A stretch of DNA of 64,000 bases from Octopus vulgaris (taxonomy: Eukaryota). Within the stretch, counting starts at the first letter, position 1. Each line of letters begins with the position of its first letter. Shown here in pieces: positions 62,191 to 64,000 of this stretch. Location of the stretch: the NCBI GenBank assembly GCA_951406725.2, contig OX597819.1:29016001-29080000 (forward strand). Reading direction: 5' to 3'. Under the pieces are notes generated by a model that saw nothing but the letters and a program-made list of their open reading frames with translations, was not told the DNA's origin and ran no database searches. A program made the translations under genes and the position numbers.

Positions 62191-63884
62191 TTAGATTAAC
62201 AATTCAGCATTTACCATCCTTATAGTCTTATGTCTAGTGTCCTCTACACTTTCTCTGTCATTACCATCTTCTATTCAACCTTCAGATTATGTTGTATTGA
62301 ATGAATGGAGGCAATGAAGAGTAGTGAGGGCTCTCTGGTCTTGCAGAGAACAAGGGTATCTTACTGGTGTTAGTGTCACAATAAAATGCACCTAATACCC
62401 TCTGTAAAGTGGCTGATGTTCTGAAGGGCTTTTAGTGATGGAAATCAATCCAAAATGGAATGCATGAGCATGATATTGTCCTCTGACCCATCTAGTGGAG
62501 AGGGGGAGTAACTTTGAATAACTATAGAGTTGGCTTGAGACAACTCCTGAAACTCATGCTACAATGGAAAGCTGATGTGAAATGGTGAGAAAAATGATGA
62601 CCCCCAACTGGTGATCAACAGCTACCCTTGGTTACTAGTTTTCCAACAGCTAATTACTGATTCAATGTATTTCTGACAGTCAGTGCATCAAGTGGGTGTC
62701 TGTAACAAGATGTAAAACTAATATCTCAAGTTACTTTGAAAATATGCGCTTTTTTTGGTTTTTCCACTGATATTTATTTTCTTTGTACAACAGTGACAAA
62801 TCTTTATATAACAGTGACAAATACACACAGACTCACGTGTGTGTGCGTGCAGTCATAACAATCTTCTGAACAGTTTTTTGGCTATTTTGATTTCACTTCC
62901 AAAGTAAAGATCATTCTGAGGCTTTGGTAGAAGACACTTGCTCATGACATTGCATAGTGGATACAAAAGGAACTGCTCAATCACACAGCCCATGTTACAC
63001 TTGCTCCGCAAAAATTCAAATCCAGCAGCTGAGAGATTCAAGAAAAAGCAGGCTGGTATGTGTTTGTCAGTGCATGCATGTGCATGTGTGTGCACATGGG
63101 TTTGCGGGTACTTATGCACATGAGTTTGTTAAAATTAATAACTTCAAAGAAATTTACATTTGTCATTTCTAAAATATCAGTTTATCAGGAAAAATATCTC
63201 ATAAATTTATAGATGTGATAAATGGTGAATTTTCATAATTTTTGTCAAAAATTGGCATAATAGTGACTTGAGGTGAAGATTAATGAAGACTCTTAATGCA
63301 CGCTATTTTGTAAGAGCCGGTTTTGAGATAACAGTGGCTAAAGTAATCTTTGATAATGCAGATATATTAGTCGCTTAGACACTCGAAAACTAATTATGGC
63401 ATCTTCAAATTAACTCTAAACTTTAAAACTCTTTAATAATGAAATTAAAAACTGATTACTTTTATAATAACAAGTCAATAAAATAAAAACAACAACAACA
63501 ACAATTTCATAGTTTGATTTAAGAAATCGTTCAGAAATGATCATTACCATTATCTTCTCTATACCAAATGAAATGGGTTAAAGTTTGTATTTTCATGCGT
63601 AATTACTTGGCAATATTTTCGAACTGAATCTTGAGAAATGTCAAGTAAATTAGCACTGATATTTTTCAACATGAGCAATTGAAATAAAGACTGTGTGTGT
63701 GTCAGAGAGTGAAACAGAGAGGAGAGAGACAGCGAGAGAGGGAGAGAGAGATTATTGTAATTCGTAAATGTAAAACAAAATATATTAGAAAATAACTTAT
63801 TGAATATTTAAAGATTTAAGAATTAAAACAGAAATGTTGTATTTCTAAAACATCTTACTACGCAGTGCAGTCTCTTATTTTTGA

Positions 63885-63887
<3 letters not shown>

Positions 63888-63962
<75 letters not shown>
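63888..63962. repeat. (GA)n microsatellite
   Basis: Read directly from the sequence. Confidence 0.97.
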
Positions 63963-63965
<3 letters not shown>

Positions 63966-64000
63966 AGAGATTAGATTTTGAAAATGTCATATCAGGAAAA

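Overview
AT-rich, repeat-saturated eukaryotic DNA. The SINE families, TTAA MITEs, Penelope relics and microsatellite load point to a coleoid cephalopod, most likely Octopus (inferred from repeat families). The only host protein-coding sequence I recognise is the first coding exon of a protein-tyrosine sulfotransferase (TPST) on the minus strand at 1-400, which runs off the window and is absent from the ORF track. A strong minus-strand splice acceptor at 606-607 implies that at least part of the remaining ~63 kb is 5'-UTR intron. That region is a mosaic of three tRNA-derived SINE families, RTE and CR1-like LINE fragments, Penelope relics with hammerhead-ribozyme-like motifs, a decayed full-length Tc1 (DD34E), mariner and maT-like fragments, piggyBac/hAT/pogo-like MITEs and a possible Crypton-V-like composite. 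Best oddities: a ~295-bp 28S rRNA peptidyl-transferase-centre fragment that replaced 70 bp of a host repeat with no TSD or poly(A); two 280-380-bp fold-back palindromes, one with hammerhead cores; many inverted SINE pairs that could form dsRNA; and nested insertions that give a relative TE chronology. I found no convincing new multi-gene system. Nearly all supplied ORFs are microsatellite or repeat artefacts. Coordinates were read by eye, so repeat boundaries are approximate.
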